The translations under genes were made by a program, and so were the position numbers. The notes under the pieces are model-generated. The model was given only the letters and a program-made list of their open reading frames with translations, had not been told where the DNA came from and did not search any database. A stretch of 26,438 bases of DNA, from the IMG/VR virus record IMGVR_UViG_3300020045_003840, positions 1 to 26,438 of that record. One strand, written 5' to 3'. This DNA comes from a virus (taxonomy: Duplodnaviria; Caudoviricetes). Of the stretch, positions 24,754 through 26,438 are shown piece by piece. Numbering within the stretch: position 1 is the stretch's first letter; every line of letters starts with the position of its first letter.

Positions 24754-25185
24754 TTAGGTTAAATCAGTAAAGGCAATTTCGCCGCTTGACTCTAGCGATA
24801 CGCTAAAACCAACTTCATTATTGTAATCGCCTGTAGTTTCTAAAGAGGTAATGCGAAAAGCACCCTCAAAAGTGCCTGCTGCGCCTGCGCTTGCACCTGG
24901 CAAAACTAACTGATACTCTTCATTTGTGCCAGCTAAAAACACTGTGCGCAATTTAGCAAAAGTTGAATCGTCTTGATATACACCCTCAGCCGACAAGCTC
25001 ATGCTTTGAACAATTTTGCCATCTAGCAAAGTGCGGAAGCCGTTGCTGTCTTTGTTGGTTACATCTACAGTTTCTTCATTCATTTGAAGTGAAGTTGTGC
25101 GCAAACCAGCCACGGTTGTGAAAACGTCGGGGCCAGTTGCTGTGCGAATTTTTAATAGTAACTCGCGACCTTTTTGTGCTGCCAT
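24754..25185 (-). CDS. Major tail (tube) protein, GTA/TP901-1 family
   Basis: MAAQKGRELLLKI...FTTVAGLRT...VDVTNKDS...LESSGEI. Confidence 0.92.
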   Translation of the reverse strand: MAAQKGRELLLKIRTATGPDVFTTVAGLRTTSLQMNEETVDVTNKDSNGFRTLLDGKIVQSMSLSAEGVYQDDSTFAKLRTVFLAGTNEEYQLVLPGASAGAAGTFEGAFRITSLETTGDYNNEVGFSVSLESSGEIAFTDLT

Positions 25186-25187
25186 GT

Positions 25188-25586
25188 CTATACTCCATAA
25201 TCTACATAAGCGTTGAACTCAATTATACCATGCCACGTTGTGCCATCAGCATCTTTAAAGCAATTCTCTGTCACTAAGTCTATCATAACTAAGGTGTTAT
25301 TGTCCATAGTGATATTGCTCTCTTGTCGGTGCAATGCAGCTTTAACTGCCGCCATTATATCTATTGCATCAACAATCGTTTTTGACCTATCCCACACATT
25401 TACCGCTACACGATACATAGCAGCGTTGGTGGTTTTAGTGTCGGCCTCTTGGCCTTGTATATCTATGCTTAAAAAAGGAAAACTATCCCCCTGTGGCACA
25501 TCTAAATAAATGCGCTGCCCTACTTTGCTAGTCACGCCTGAAACAGCTTTAAGGCGGGTTACAATACCTTTTATGAGTGCTTTCAT
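25188..25586 (-). CDS. Tail terminator/completion protein (DUF3168-like)
   Basis: VGQRIY.DVP...FPF...I.AAVKAALH; position before the tail tube. Confidence 0.8.
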   Translation of the reverse strand: MKALIKGIVTRLKAVSGVTSKVGQRIYLDVPQGDSFPFLSIDIQGQEADTKTTNAAMYRVAVNVWDRSKTIVDAIDIMAAVKAALHRQESNITMDNNTLVMIDLVTENCFKDADGTTWHGIIEFNAYVDYGV

Positions 25587-25990
25587 TTAACAAGCCCCTT
25601 AAATAATACTTTTATTTTTTGCATACTTTCACCAGCTGCCCGACTTAACCAAGGTCGTGGGCGCATATTAAGCGTGCCAAACTCTAGATAACGTCCATGT
25701 GGTGCGCCTGCGCCTTTTGACCCAACAATGTAATTATATGCCGATTGACGCTCGGTGAATATGTTTCTAACCAATGCGCCTGTGTCTGTTTTAGGGTATT
25801 CACCAGATGCCGACGCTTGATGTGATACTGAACGCCTAGTATAAACCTCACCCGAACGACCGCCGCCTTGTATTCTATCTTTAGCGGTGGTTTCAATAAC
25901 TAGCCCTGCCTTAAATAACTGCGCATCAAACTGGCGCAATATTTGCTTTTCAGCCGCTTTCATGCTTAAAATGACTTCCTTACTATTCAT
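25583..25990 (-). CDS. HK97 gp10-like tail component
   Basis: SASGEYPKTDTGAL...YLEFGTLNMRPRPWL; likely start ATG 25990. Confidence 0.85.
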   Translation of the reverse strand: MNSKEVILSMKAAEKQILRQFDAQLFKAGLVIETTAKDRIQGGGRSGEVYTRRSVSHQASASGEYPKTDTGALVRNIFTERQSAYNYIVGSKGAGAPHGRYLEFGTLNMRPRPWLSRAAGESMQKIKVLFKGLVK

Positions 25991-26322
25991 TCTCAGCCCC
26001 ATTTTGTATGCAATGCAAGCGTTGAAAGTCACGGCCATATTCTTTTAAATCTTTACCCAAGTTTTCTACATAATCAATTGTATAGTATAGGCCGTCCATT
26101 AACAACCTGTGTTTAGCCGCTACATCGGTTTCTTTTAATGCAGCCACATATCTAATCAAAACTTTGTGCGTAACCCGACTGTCTTTTTTATCGGCGGCGT
26201 ATAGCTCACGCCCGCTAGTGGGTTTAGCAAAAGCCCAATATGTTCCAATAGATGTCCAAGCAACAGAAAAACCGCCATAATCATCGGCAGTCTCTACAGC
26301 GTTTTGAATTGTCACCCGCTCA
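25983..26322 (-). CDS. Head closure / head-tail adaptor (SPP1 gp16-like), 5'-truncated
   Basis: ERVTIQ...DDYGG...W...WA...GRE...THKVLIRY; the native start is lost at the junction near 26322. Confidence 0.85.
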
Positions 26323-26438
26323 TATTGGCACGGTTTTAAGTGGCTATGGGGTTATTAACCTACCATGCCAGCCTATTGTGAGTGTGGCTAGTATTAAGAC
26401 ATTTGACAAAGCCAATACTGAAAACACTTATTCAAGCT
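26321..26438 (+). other. Inverted fragment of the head-tail connector gene (probable chimera)
   Basis: The plus strand reads HIGTVLSGYGVINLPCQPIVSVASIKTFDKANTENTYSS, the I.LP..P..SV.SI.T.D motif of gp6/phiE125 gp8-type connectors, on the wrong strand. Confidence 0.7.

Noticed and set aside
13134-25896. Plus-strand ORFs across the late arm (e.g. 14849..15379, 22709..23110, 23258..23944) and nested 25684..25896 (-)
   Set aside because: Antisense or alternate-frame shadows of structural genes.
1-26438. CRISPR, TIGR-like or other tandem guide arrays; DGR, retron, tRNA or rRNA
   Set aside because: All intergenic gaps are short or filled by small coupled ORFs. I saw no periodic repeats, reverse transcriptase or cloverleaf.
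1-26438. Alternative genetic code (stop-codon reassignment)
   Set aside because: Conserved genes are intact in code 11, and TAA, TAG and TGA all terminate recognisable proteins.

Overview
Partial genome of a tailed, non-contractile (siphovirus-type) phage, almost certainly from a metagenomic or amplified assembly. Two arms converge at about 12.2 kb. The + strand arm carries a Toprim-VapE primase-helicase, an SF2 helicase, a VRR-NUC nuclease, a YqaJ exonuclease plus RecT, a Zn-ribbon/HTH regulator, about 20 small coupled accessory ORFs and an HNH-like gene. The - strand late arm carries head-tail joining genes, a GTA-like tail tube, a tail chaperone with the lambda-type GGGAAAG -1 frameshift, tape measure, Dit, tail tip, fibres and a long lysis cassette (TIGR02594-type endolysin, holin, overlapping Rz/Rz1). 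The spanins imply a Gram-negative host, and the GTA-like tail genes suggest an alphaproteobacterial one (inference). Both ends look artefactual: bases 1-131 contain an Illumina TruSeq P7 adapter, and the last ~118 bases are an inverted fragment of the head-tail connector gene. The best leads for new biology are (1) unannotated, translationally coupled micropeptides in the lysis cassette, a 30-aa Pro/Lys-rich peptide and a 20-aa TM peptide, (2) paired near-identical RBS/ATGA junction sequences around accessory genes next to RecT, (3) a domain shared between Dit and the tail tip protein, (4) a possible H-type pseudoknot after recT and (5) a self-promoted HNH unit with a 5' stem-loop and a small cationic peptide. 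Family assignments come from motif recognition by eye, not from database searches.
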